DNA of 53,071 nt from a virus (taxonomy: Duplodnaviria > Caudoviricetes), in the IMG/VR virus record IMGVR_UViG_3300021976_000019, positions 1 through 53,071 of that record; one strand, written 5' to 3'. Below, in pieces: positions 1-9,000 of the stretch. Position numbers and translations under genes: made by a program. The notes beneath the pieces were generated by a model, which ran no database searches, had not been told where the DNA came from, and worked only from the letters and a program-made list of their open reading frames with translations. Each line of letters starts with the position of its first letter. The first letter of the stretch is position 1.

Positions 1-27
1 CCTTCCGCCGCGGAGGAGGCATCGGGC

Positions 28-552
28 CTACAACGTGATCTCGTACGTGGCCGCCCCCACGACCGACCCGTCTCCCTCGGGGATCTCCAACAGAGTGAGC
101 GCACTGCCCCCCACCGTGCTGATGATGGGCATGATGTCGAACTTGTGCACCACGTTGGCGGCGTCGTGGAACAGAGGCTTGATCAACTTGTAGACCTGGT
201 CGATCTTGTCCTCGGCGTTGTGCTTGGTCGGAGCTGAGTTCTCGTCACGGTCCGGGTCGGCGTAGATGTTCACCCGGAGCAGCGGGAACTCAGTGGTGTG
301 ATTCCGAGATGGTGACGACCAGGGTCCGTTGCAGAACAGGACTATGCAGACTTTGCCAGTGCCTTCGACCACGCGGTACGGGCGGCCCTCGGTGTCGCCA
401 GCGAAAACCCATCCATTCGGCCACTGGAGATCAGCACCGATGATCTTCTCCGGGTCACGCGGAACATCGGGGTCAGGGTTGTCGACCAGGTCGGTGAGCA
501 CACCGGAGTCCAGTAGGTGCTGGCGAGCGGCGTACACCATAGGGATGGGCAC
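28..552 (-). CDS. putative tail terminator/completion protein
   Basis: 174 aa; last gene of the head-tail joining block in the window; called from position and size only. Confidence 0.45.
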   Translation of the reverse strand: MPIPMVYAARQHLLDSGVLTDLVDNPDPDVPRDPEKIIGADLQWPNGWVFAGDTEGRPYRVVEGTGKVCIVLFCNGPWSSPSRNHTTEFPLLRVNIYADPDRDENSAPTKHNAEDKIDQVYKLIKPLFHDAANVVHKFDIMPIISTVGGSALTLLEIPEGDGSVVGAATYEITL

Positions 553-553
553 C

Positions 554-955
554 TCAGCCTCCCTTCAGTGGGGAGTAGTGGGTGTCGATCGCGCTCTCAA
601 AGTCGTTTTCGAACTCGTCGAAGTCCATCCAGTGCTTGTGGGGGGTGAACGGCGGGACGTTGCGGTCGCCAGCTCGGGCGTACTCATATACCGCGTACGG
701 CGCCTCAGAGGTCTCGCCACCGTAGATGATCTCTCCGGACCAGGCGTTGCCCTTCAGGTCGCTCTGGGTGTGCCCAGAGGCCTGCAATCGGCCACTGATG
801 ACGTGCACCCGCTCCTGGGATGCACCGAACGCCTTGGCCAGCACCGCTTCCAGCTTGGCGGTGGTGACGAAGCTGACCTTCCCGACCTCGGCCATAGCCT
901 TGATCATCGCGTCCAGACCCTTGTTCTCGACGAAGATCGCGATTCGTTCAGCCAT
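554..955 (-). CDS. putative neck protein (HK97 gp10-like)
   Basis: V-x-SGRL-x-xS and PYAVYE motifs typical of the family; likely start MAERI at 955 after GGAGG. Confidence 0.6.
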   Translation of the reverse strand: MAERIAIFVENKGLDAMIKAMAEVGKVSFVTTAKLEAVLAKAFGASQERVHVISGRLQASGHTQSDLKGNAWSGEIIYGGETSEAPYAVYEYARAGDRNVPPFTPHKHWMDFDEFENDFESAIDTHYSPLKGG

Positions 956-1355
956 CGCTGCCACCTCCTGTGAATCGAGCCCGCGGAGGTGGCACCTCCT
1001 GCACGCCGATCTCCAGGTGATGCAGGTCGGTAGGCCGCCACGCCTCGTCCAGCGCACCCTCCACCTTGAAGGTACCGGTCGGGCCCTTGACCATCTTGAT
1101 CCGGTCGCCGGACTTGATCGGCGCGTCGTTCAGGGCGAACCAGACACCGGATCGATCCTGCGGGCGCCCGGCCTCCTGGGTCCAGATCGGGTCCTTGCCC
1201 TTGCGGATGAAGTTCAGGTCCAGGAAGCACCGGATCGCGGTCTCGGTGACAGTCTCCCAGCTGTGCACCGGGCTGCCGTCATTGGTGGTCTCGACCAGCC
1301 GCAGGATGTGACAGCGGTGGCGCAGCATCCCTCTGAAGCTCAATGACTCCACCAC
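948..1355 (-). CDS. putative head-closure/stopper protein
   Basis: 135 aa with IKSGDRI and HHLEI motifs, between connector and neck genes; true start may be TTG at 1343. Confidence 0.55.
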   Translation of the reverse strand: MVESLSFRGMLRHRCHILRLVETTNDGSPVHSWETVTETAIRCFLDLNFIRKGKDPIWTQEAGRPQDRSGVWFALNDAPIKSGDRIKMVKGPTGTFKVEGALDEAWRPTDLHHLEIGVQEVPPPRARFTGGGSDG

Positions 1356-1810
1356 CCGTAGGAGGGGTCGTGGCCGATGTGGTCCTCATGCCGTCCGTTG
1401 TAGCCGGGCTTGAACACCCACTCCGACGCCACAGCGTGCCCGTAATCGCCGTTGATCGCCTTGCTGAGGAAGTAGGCCACCGCCTCGTCGAAGGCGCTGA
1501 CACCGGTCTTCTCGCCCTCGCTGACAGCCTTCTGGGCCTTGCTATACGAATAACTTCCGATGCGCTCGGAGTTGAACGGAGAGAAGCTGGCCTCGGCGTC
1601 CTCATGACGCTCGGTAATCGCCCAGGCCATCTCCAGGACGGCCTGCTGCCAAATCCGGACCTCCAGGGGTCCGTCCAGTTCTTCCTGCTTGTCGATCCCC
1701 GTGGCCATGGTGAAAAGATCAGCGGCTCGCTGGATCGCCGTAGCGTCATCCGGAGGCTCGCGATACTTCTCCAGGTCCAACGGAGACGGGAGGATCAGAT
1801 CCGCCATCAT
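1340..1810 (-). CDS. putative head-tail adaptor/connector
   Basis: SERIGSYSYS motif typical of phage head-tail adaptors; GGAGG RBS upstream. Confidence 0.6.
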   Translation of the reverse strand: MMADLILPSPLDLEKYREPPDDATAIQRAADLFTMATGIDKQEELDGPLEVRIWQQAVLEMAWAITERHEDAEASFSPFNSERIGSYSYSKAQKAVSEGEKTGVSAFDEAVAYFLSKAINGDYGHAVASEWVFKPGYNGRHEDHIGHDPSYGWWSH

Positions 1811-1835
1811 CCCCACCTCCCGTCTTCGTCAGTGA

Positions 1836-2510
1836 CTAGCGCTGAGCCTGCTGCTCCATCACCGCGCGGAGCTTCTCCTTGTCCTCTTCGCTGAGGGCCG
1901 GATCTTCCAGGTCGAACGTGTCGCCGGTCCACGGACCGTGGCTGAACATCATCCGGCCGTAGCGCACCCGCTGCTGAGTCGGCGTCAGGCGAGCCCAGTG
2001 GTCGTCCTCCTTCGGGACGTACTCCTGGCCGCGGTAGAAGACGTAGGCGCCGACCGTGAAGCCGTCGTCGACGAAGTGCACCACCGCGGGGAGCGGGCCT
2101 CGGTTCTGGATCTGGCCACCGGTTGCGAAGCCGCGGCCGTCCCGGTAGAGCTTGCCCAGCTCAGAGTTGGCGCGGTTGTCGTCGGGATTGTTGGTGCTGA
2201 CGTTGACGACCGTGTGGGCCTGGTTCTTCAGTGCCTCGGCCCGGACCTCAGCCTCGATCTCCGCACGAACCTGCGCCCGGATGTCCGCCATCGAGATCTC
2301 AGAGGCGGGATCGTGCTCGATCTTGGCCGCGACGCCAGAGACTTCGGAGACTTCCTCCGGCTCAGGGTCGGGAACCGACTCCGCCTTCTTCGCGGTCTTC
2401 TTGGCTGCGGTCTTCTTCACCGGAGCCGGTTCCTGCTTCTCGTCGTCGACCTCGCCCAGAGCGTCCTTCAGCAGGTCGTCCAGGTCATCGTGATCGTTCT
2501 CTGCGTTCAT
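1836..2510 (-). CDS. hypothetical protein (capsid module)
   Basis: 224 aa, AAGGAAG RBS-like sequence, acidic and KKTAAKK low-complexity N-terminus. Confidence 0.6.
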   Translation of the reverse strand: MNAENDHDDLDDLLKDALGEVDDEKQEPAPVKKTAAKKTAKKAESVPDPEPEEVSEVSGVAAKIEHDPASEISMADIRAQVRAEIEAEVRAEALKNQAHTVVNVSTNNPDDNRANSELGKLYRDGRGFATGGQIQNRGPLPAVVHFVDDGFTVGAYVFYRGQEYVPKEDDHWARLTPTQQRVRYGRMMFSHGPWTGDTFDLEDPALSEEDKEKLRAVMEQQAQR

Positions 2511-2530
2511 GACGCTTCCTTCGTTGTTGG

Positions 2531-2824
2531 TCAGCGGCCGTAGGACCGCGGGTCCGGGTTGACGTTGCTGACCGGGTTCTCCCCATCGATCCCGATCGGG
2601 CGTCCCTTGTCATCGGTCTCGACGGTGTCGCTCTGCACCTTCTTGACCTCTTCCTCACGCTTCTTGCGAGCGTCCTCCTGCTCCTTCTCCAACGCCTGGT
2701 CGGCCTTCAGGCGGGCCTCAGCGGCCTCCTGGGAAGCCTTCTCCACGTCGGTCAGGGTCCCGCTGTCGTCGCTGCTCTTGGGCTCGCTCGAAGCAGCCTT
2801 CTTCGCGGGCGTCGTCTCTGCCAT
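2531..2824 (-). CDS. hypothetical charged protein
   Basis: 97 aa, GAGGGAG RBS, directly after the major capsid gene. Confidence 0.6.
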   Translation of the reverse strand: MAETTPAKKAASSEPKSSDDSGTLTDVEKASQEAAEARLKADQALEKEQEDARKKREEEVKKVQSDTVETDDKGRPIGIDGENPVSNVNPDPRSYGR

Positions 2825-2847
2825 GTCTCCCTCTCACTCCAATGAAC

Positions 2848-2880
2848 TGGACCCCGACCCGCCGGAGCGGACGGGGTCCA
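2848..2880 (-). terminator. GC-rich stem-loop after the major capsid gene
   Basis: TGGACCCCG...CGGGGTCCA inverted repeat; only a weak U tail. Confidence 0.55.
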
Positions 2881-2918
2881 ATGCCTTTTGCCTATGAAGT
2901 TGTGCTCAGCCTAAACGA

Positions 2919-3920
2919 TCAGGCCTTGACCGTGGCCACGACGATCTGCTCGGGGCGGGTCAGGACGGGAAGGGCCTGCTCCTCCAGGAGGTACTGGCGG
3001 GCGCTCGGGTCCTTCTCCTTCCAGGTCTTGGCGAAGCGACCGATGAAGTTGTCCGGCGCCTCGTCGTCAGCCGACGGACCGCGGACCAGCTCCAGCGGGT
3101 TGTTCTGGTTCAGCTCGGCGAAGAGCACCACGTTGTTCGGCAGGAAGCCCGTCGAGATGTGGGAACCGTCGGTCTGGCGGATGTCATACATCGTGTCGAC
3201 GACCCGCCAATCCATCCCCATGAAGCCGCGGAGGGTGCCGGACGCGAAGTACTCGTCCTTCATCCGATCGCTCATCAGGGAGATGCCATCACGAGTGAAG
3301 GAGGTGACGATGTAGTTCAGCGTGTCGCTGGTCGCGTACGCCGTCTTCACCTCGACATGGCCGTCGCGGAGGATGATCTTCTTCCACGCCTGGATGTTGG
3401 CCACGATCTCCTGCGGAGTGGCAACGTCCCACTCCTCGGCCGCGGTGACCTTGTGCGAAGCCGGGATCTTGTAGTCGATCGAGGCCTGCACGTCCGGAGA
3501 GTCGATGACCAGGGAGCCCTGGAGGCACTGCCAGAGTGCCCACTCCCAGAAGTTGTCGAATCGGGCGTTGAGGTCGCGAACCTCCTTGAGGACCTCTTCC
3601 TCAGCGTTGCGCAGGTTCTGGGCAGAACCTGGGGCCTTCAGCCAGTGGAGCGTGGTCGGCTTGAAGACCTTCTTCTCGCGGAGGTAGACGAGGTTCGCGC
3701 TCTCCATCGAGATACCGAGCCGCGGCACGACGTGCGCCTCGGAGTTCGGCACGTTCGGGGTCGCCATCGTCCGTGCACCGCGACGAACCTCCCACTGAAC
3801 GAACGGGTAAGGGGTGGTCCCCTTGGGCGTCCCGTTGAACAGCATCAGGTTCGCGGCTGGCGCGATCTTGGAGACGACGTTGCGAAAAACGTTCGGCTCC
3901 AGGAGGCTCGGCTCGGGCAT
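2919..3920 (-). CDS. major capsid protein (lambda E-like)
   Basis: 333 aa after protease and decoration genes; IDYKIPASH, W-x-EKDP and ALPVL-x-RP motifs typical of the Phage_cap_E family. Confidence 0.8.
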   Translation of the reverse strand: MPEPSLLEPNVFRNVVSKIAPAANLMLFNGTPKGTTPYPFVQWEVRRGARTMATPNVPNSEAHVVPRLGISMESANLVYLREKKVFKPTTLHWLKAPGSAQNLRNAEEEVLKEVRDLNARFDNFWEWALWQCLQGSLVIDSPDVQASIDYKIPASHKVTAAEEWDVATPQEIVANIQAWKKIILRDGHVEVKTAYATSDTLNYIVTSFTRDGISLMSDRMKDEYFASGTLRGFMGMDWRVVDTMYDIRQTDGSHISTGFLPNNVVLFAELNQNNPLELVRGPSADDEAPDNFIGRFAKTWKEKDPSARQYLLEEQALPVLTRPEQIVVATVKA

Positions 3921-3962
3921 TTCGTTTCCTTCCTTTTCTGATCAGCGAAGCGAATGCCCGCT

Positions 3963-4352
3963 CTAGAACGAGATGTAGTCGAAACCCGGGATGTACTTAC
4001 CCTTGAGCGCGGTAGCCAGAGCCGCCGCGTTGGTGGCGGTGATCGCTGCAACCTTCGCGTTGATCACACCTCCGAAGAGCAAGTTGATCTGGTGGGCCTC
4101 GGCGGTGGCGTTGCACGCGGTCTCGTTGACGGCCGTGGCGTCGGCGAAAGCTGCCTTGACCCAGGTCTTCCCGTCGACGGAACGCTTCATCGGCTCACCC
4201 GCGCGGACGATTCCAACGCCTGCCAGAACCGTCCCGCCCTTCTTGAGCGGCGGGGGGTTGTAGGACGCGATGATCTCTTCCGGTGCGGTGACCACACGCT
4301 CCGGGCCCACACCAGGTGGCCGGAGGACATCACCCTCAAACTCGGCTGCCAT
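3963..4352 (-). CDS. head decoration protein (lambda D-like)
   Basis: 129 aa between scaffold and capsid genes; GTVLAGVGIVRAG motif. Confidence 0.65.
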   Translation of the reverse strand: MAAEFEGDVLRPPGVGPERVVTAPEEIIASYNPPPLKKGGTVLAGVGIVRAGEPMKRSVDGKTWVKAAFADATAVNETACNATAEAHQINLLFGGVINAKVAAITATNAAALATALKGKYIPGFDYISF

Positions 4353-4379
4353 GATTCTTCCTCTCCTGCTACTGGGGGG

Positions 4380-4844
4380 TTACTTCTTGTTGCCGTTGGC
4401 GATATCCGCCAGACGATCGATCTCGGCCTGCTGGGCCTCGCTCTGGCTGGACGTGTGAGTGGTCACGCCGTCCTCGGAGAGGGAGACGATCGGCTCCTCG
4501 GGGAGAAGCGCCTCGAACTGGTCACGGTTGCTGAGCGAAAGCTCCAGCATCGTGTCGCGCTGCTTGGGAAGGATGCGACCGGCATGCACCAGGTCATCGA
4601 TCTCCTTCTCGGCGTTCTTCCGGGTCAGCTCGACCACGGTCTCCTCCGAGGTGGAGAGCTTGCTGGACAGCTCGACCACCGCGTCGGCGACATCCTGGAG
4701 AGTCATCTCCTGGCCATCGGCGCCGAGCGCGTTGGACAGCGCGGTCAGATCCGCGGGCTCATCCTTCTTGGCCTGAAGAGCCTCAACATCGATGCCGTGC
4801 TCGTCCTTCAGGGCGGCGATCAACTCTTCCTTGGTCTTGGGCAT
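4380..4844 (-). CDS. nested in-frame scaffolding protein (internal start)
   Basis: ATG at 4844 is in frame with the protease gene, has GGAGG 5 nt upstream and the GCCGATACT motif at 4899-4907. Confidence 0.55.
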   Translation of the reverse strand: MPKTKEELIAALKDEHGIDVEALQAKKDEPADLTALSNALGADGQEMTLQDVADAVVELSSKLSTSEETVVELTRKNAEKEIDDLVHAGRILPKQRDTMLELSLSNRDQFEALLPEEPIVSLSEDGVTTHTSSQSEAQQAEIDRLADIANGNKK

Positions 4845-5423
4845 CTCGTCCTCCAGGGGGTTCTCGGTCACCGCTCCGAGAAGAACGGTTTCTCCGGGAG
4901 TATCGGCGGAAGCCGCGATGACCTCTTCATAGCCGTCGAGGTTGGTGATGTAGGGCCGATTCGTCACTGCCATGTGCAGGAGAGTCGGGCCGACCTTCGC
5001 ACCGGTCTTGGTGTCGGTGTAGTCGAGGTTGAGCATCGCGGAGGCGCCGATCAGGGTCTTACCCAGCTGCTCGGCGTGCTCGGCGTTACGGGCGTCGAGG
5101 TAGGCGTAGACGCCCTTCCCCGCCTCGTAGTCGAGGTCGATCACCTGGCCGGTGTTTCGCAGTGGGTCCTCAGTGTGCTTGTTCTCGCCATCCACGATCG
5201 GGGCCTGGACGATGTCACACATGCCGTTGGAGAAGTTGGTCACCAGCTTCTCGGCGAAGTCCTCGTCGACGGTGATCTTCTTGCCAGGGAGCTTTGGGTG
5301 CTCGAAATCGCCGAAGTGGAGAATTTGCTTGCGGAACAGGCGTCCCTTGGGGGTGACGCCGTTGCGGCGCGCCAACTCGACGAAGCCTTCGTTGCCATCG
5401 CCCGCCATTACGACGTTGGTCAC
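4380..5423 (-). CDS. capsid maturation protease/scaffold (Mu I-like)
   Basis: N-terminal protease-like domain (HTEDP, GASA, L-x-HMAVTNRPY) and C-terminal coiled coil with GRILPKQ. Confidence 0.75.
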   Translation of the reverse strand: MTNVVMAGDGNEGFVELARRNGVTPKGRLFRKQILHFGDFEHPKLPGKKITVDEDFAEKLVTNFSNGMCDIVQAPIVDGENKHTEDPLRNTGQVIDLDYEAGKGVYAYLDARNAEHAEQLGKTLIGASAMLNLDYTDTKTGAKVGPTLLHMAVTNRPYITNLDGYEEVIAASADTPGETVLLGAVTENPLEDEMPKTKEELIAALKDEHGIDVEALQAKKDEPADLTALSNALGADGQEMTLQDVADAVVELSSKLSTSEETVVELTRKNAEKEIDDLVHAGRILPKQRDTMLELSLSNRDQFEALLPEEPIVSLSEDGVTTHTSSQSEAQQAEIDRLADIANGNKK

Positions 5424-5454
5424 GGGAACCTCCTAGATCGCTGTTCGATCCAGG

Positions 5455-5463
5455 AGTATCGGC
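5455..5463 (-). promoter_or_regulatory. recurrent GCCGATACT motif, candidate late promoter -10
   Basis: Also at 4899, 14738, 15574 (GTCGATACT), 23721, 31125 and 43494, each a short distance upstream of a gene start. Confidence 0.55.
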
Positions 5464-5480
5464 GCAAGGCGCCGCGGCGT

Positions 5481-5753
5481 TCAGATGGGCAGCTGGTCGG
5501 TGTCCCGCACGTCGTCCCAGGACCACACCGCGAGAGGGTTGGCTGAGCCCGCCAGCACATCAGTGATGTAGTTCCACTGAGCCGACTTGACCACCGACGT
5601 GGGAGTCAGGTTGAAGTTCAGAAGAACCGCTCGGGCTCCCTCGGGGTACTTGGACTCGTCAGCGTAGGCCGACCGCAGCACGCTCTGGTGGTGGACGAGC
5701 CACCAGATGCCCAGAACCTGGCCGTCGGCGCCGCGGTGCGTCAGGACCCTCAC
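5481..5753 (-). CDS. hypothetical protein
   Basis: 90 aa; GTGA overlap with the upstream gene. Confidence 0.55.
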   Translation of the reverse strand: MRVLTHRGADGQVLGIWWLVHHQSVLRSAYADESKYPEGARAVLLNFNLTPTSVVKSAQWNYITDVLAGSANPLAVWSWDDVRDTDQLPI

Positions 5754-6091
5754 TCGTCCCCCTCAGAGCTGGCGATGATCTGCAGCCAGCGGTCGCGCCA
5801 TTCCTTCACGCTCGCACGGCCCTGGGGATTGCCGGAGCCGAGCGGGTAGAGAAACATCGCGTTGCCATCGGCGTCGGTGAGTTCCAAGCCGTCATCGCGC
5901 TTCTCGTAGCTGACGATGCGGACGGTCAACGGCATGGGGAAGTCGCCCGCGGGGAAGATCTCGGTGTCACCTTCAGCCGATTTGACCAGGAGATGGGCGG
6001 CCGGGTAGGACGATTCCTTGCGAGTGAACCTCGCCCCCGTGTCCTCCATGATCTTGTCGATCGCCGCCTGCAGGCCCATCAGCTCAGCCAC
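5750..6091 (-). CDS. hypothetical protein coupled to the giant ORF
   Basis: 113 aa; start overlaps the end of the 2641-aa gene. Confidence 0.6.
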   Translation of the reverse strand: MAELMGLQAAIDKIMEDTGARFTRKESSYPAAHLLVKSAEGDTEIFPAGDFPMPLTVRIVSYEKRDDGLELTDADGNAMFLYPLGSGNPQGRASVKEWRDRWLQIIASSEGDE

Positions 6092-9000
6092 TCTTCTTCA
6101 CCTCCGTGGTGCCCACCGGGACCCACTGCCCGTTGGCGCGCTTGATGTACTGCTTGCCTTCCCAGGTCTTCACCGTGCCGATCGCCGCTCCTCGATTCTT
6201 CTTCTGCAACTCCTGGGAGATCTTGGCGAAGTCCCAGACCTTGTCCAGCGTCTTCCGGACCTGTTCCTTGCCGTGGACGATCCGCTCTTCGATCGGAAGG
6301 CCCCGGATCTCGTTGACGCCACGGTCCTTGAAGAACTTGATCAACTGCTGGCGGGTGCCCTCATCGCCCGTCTTCACTACGGCGATGTCGTCGAAAAGAG
6401 AGGCTGAGTACTTGACCATCAGCTCATTGCTGGAGTTCTGGTAACCGCCTCCTCCTCCGGAGCCCTGGTTGTAGGAGTCCTCCAGGTCGAACGGAGCGTT
6501 CCCGGCCCGCTTGGAGGCGCGACCGTAACTGTCCTCGGCGAAGGCGTAGTTGGTGGTGCGAGCGAGCACATGTGGCTCCGCGTAGATGCCGCTGTAGCCC
6601 TGCTCGACACCCTGACGGAAGAACGCGAACTGGCCAGAGCCACCATCACGGTCCGAGTCGGGCGAGTTGGAGTCCTTGCCCCAGAGACCGGTGAACCGGA
6701 TCTTCTCCTCGTTGGCGGAGTAGACGCCCGCGGTCAGGTAGATCGAAGACCCATCCGTGCGCGAAGGTGTGAATCCTCCGTTGGCGTCTTTGGCCGTTTC
6801 CACGTCGAAGTCCGGTCGCATCCAGTACGGGCGGCCAGAGAGCGTGCTGTCGTTGCTGGACAGGTGGTTGCGGTGCTCGGAGAACTTTGGCGTCCAGTCG
6901 GCGTTGTCGACCGTCTCCTTGCCCCACCCCCCGGCGAAGGCCTCCCTGAGCTGCACAATTCGGGTGTCATCAGGAACGTTGGGGTCCAGCTGATTAATCG
7001 CATCACGGACCTTGGTCCACTTCGCCTTCAGCTTGCGACTGCCCAGCACCCCCGCCATCTGCTCCCAGTAGGTCCGCTCCAGCGAGGTCTCATCCGCGGG
7101 GGAGAGATCCACCCCCATGTCGCGGACCAGCTCCATTGCCTTGTCCATCTGGTCGGTGGAGCCATCCCAGTCCCGGACCTCAACCTGCAGCCGTCCGGCG
7201 TTGGTGAAGTTGCTGCCGTTGTCGGTCGCCGAATGCGGCGTGTAGTGCAACCGGACCCCAGGGTGGTCGGGAGAGGTGATCTCGTAGGAGTTGCTGCCGT
7301 ATGCAGCGGTGCTCAACTGGTCGGTGGAGTTGCCTTCGGCGTCGGCGCCGGAGGTGTGGGGCGTGCTGAACCCGGTCGCCACCACCTCGTACTTCTTGCC
7401 GGTGTGGTTGGTGACGGACTCCTGGGTGTCGGGCTTCTGCGCCGTCCAGCCAGAGGACTTCTTAGTGGACTCGTACAGGTCCTCCGTGACTGCCTTGTCA
7501 CTACTGTCAGTGAACCCCCAGTTGGAGTACTTACTCAGGGTTGACCCGTCCGGCCCGGTGATCGTTTCGACCACCTTGGGCTTGCCTTGGAGATCGATCC
7601 CCTTGGGTGGGTCGTACTTCGGCGCGGTCGACGGAACCTGAGGCGCGGCGGTGTAGGAGTTCATCGCCTCGGTGACCTTCTCGAAGTGCCCGATCATCTC
7701 CCCAGACCACCGCAGCCATGCCTGCTGCTCGTGCGGGGACTGGAAGGTCGGGACTCCGGCGCCACCTCCCTTCTGGACGAACATCGGGTCCTTGCTCAAC
7801 GAGTTCAGGATCGCGGCCTGGGTCAGCTTGAGGTCGTTCATCTGCTCGGTGGCGGTGTTGACCGTCGATTGGGTGTACTTGCCGTCGGCCGCGTGCACCG
7901 AGACAGTCTTGGCGAAGGCGACCAGGGCGTTCTGAGCGTTGGTGGTGTAGGTCAGCGTGCCGCCGTAGGTCGGCGTCGTGGCCGTGCTGGTCTTCGGCTT
8001 CTGAGCCTTGAGCCAGCTCTCCACGTCGGAGTCAGCCTGACCGCGGAGCTTCAGCTCACCGCGGAGAGTGTCGGTCTTCTTCGCGCTCTGAGTGGTGTAG
8101 AAGAACGCGTGTGCATCCTCGATCTGGTTGGAGGAGAAGAACAGCGACTTGCCGTAAGCCTTGTTCTGCTTGACCTCAGAAGCGAACTCTTCCGAAAGAT
8201 CGAGGTGGGCGTCCGTCTCGGTCTTGGAGGTCCGGAACGATGCGTCCTCGAACGGGAAGTCGTAGCCACCGTCGCTGTAGAGGTCCTCATAGAACTTGAG
8301 GAAGTCGTCGAAGGTGTCCTGCTTGCGCTGCATCGCGAGGTCGGTGAAAGTCTCGCGAGTCATCCCCGGTGGGTAGTAGGGCCGGTTCTTGAAGGCGAAT
8401 TCGAGGTTCTCACGCCAGGTGTCGTCGTGCCGGTTGGAAATGGCGTAGGCACGCTTCAGAGCAGCCTTGGCGACCTTGTCCAGGGTCTCCTTGTCGACCT
8501 TGCCCGCCTGGACCGACTTGTAGAAGTCCTCGTACCAGTTGGCTCCGAAGTTGCCCTTCAGGTAGTAGCCAACCTCCAGCTTGTCGCTACCCAGCGCCTT
8601 CCACGCCTGGCCCAAGTCAATCTTGACCACGTCGCCGTCCTTGGTCAGCAGGAACTGACCGGCGTGGGTGTCGTGGTTGGAGATGGCCCAATCGATCGTG
8701 TGCGAGGACATCGCCTCGACCAGCTGGTCCTCGGTCAGATCGGAGTAGCTCTTGCCGGTGAAGTCCGTGCTCGCATCGATCATCGACTGGACGTGGGAGT
8801 ACTCGCCGTCGATGTCGCGGACCGAGGATTGTGGGGTGTTCGGCATGAACAGCCGGGCGACCTCCATCGCCGCGTGCTCGGTGTCCGGCCGGAACGGGTC
8901 GAAGGGGTCAGGCTTCACCATGTAACGGATGCCATCAGCGTCGGTGTAGAACGCCTTCGGCCGCCCGCCTCCGAGATTCAGATACGGGATCTGGATCAGG

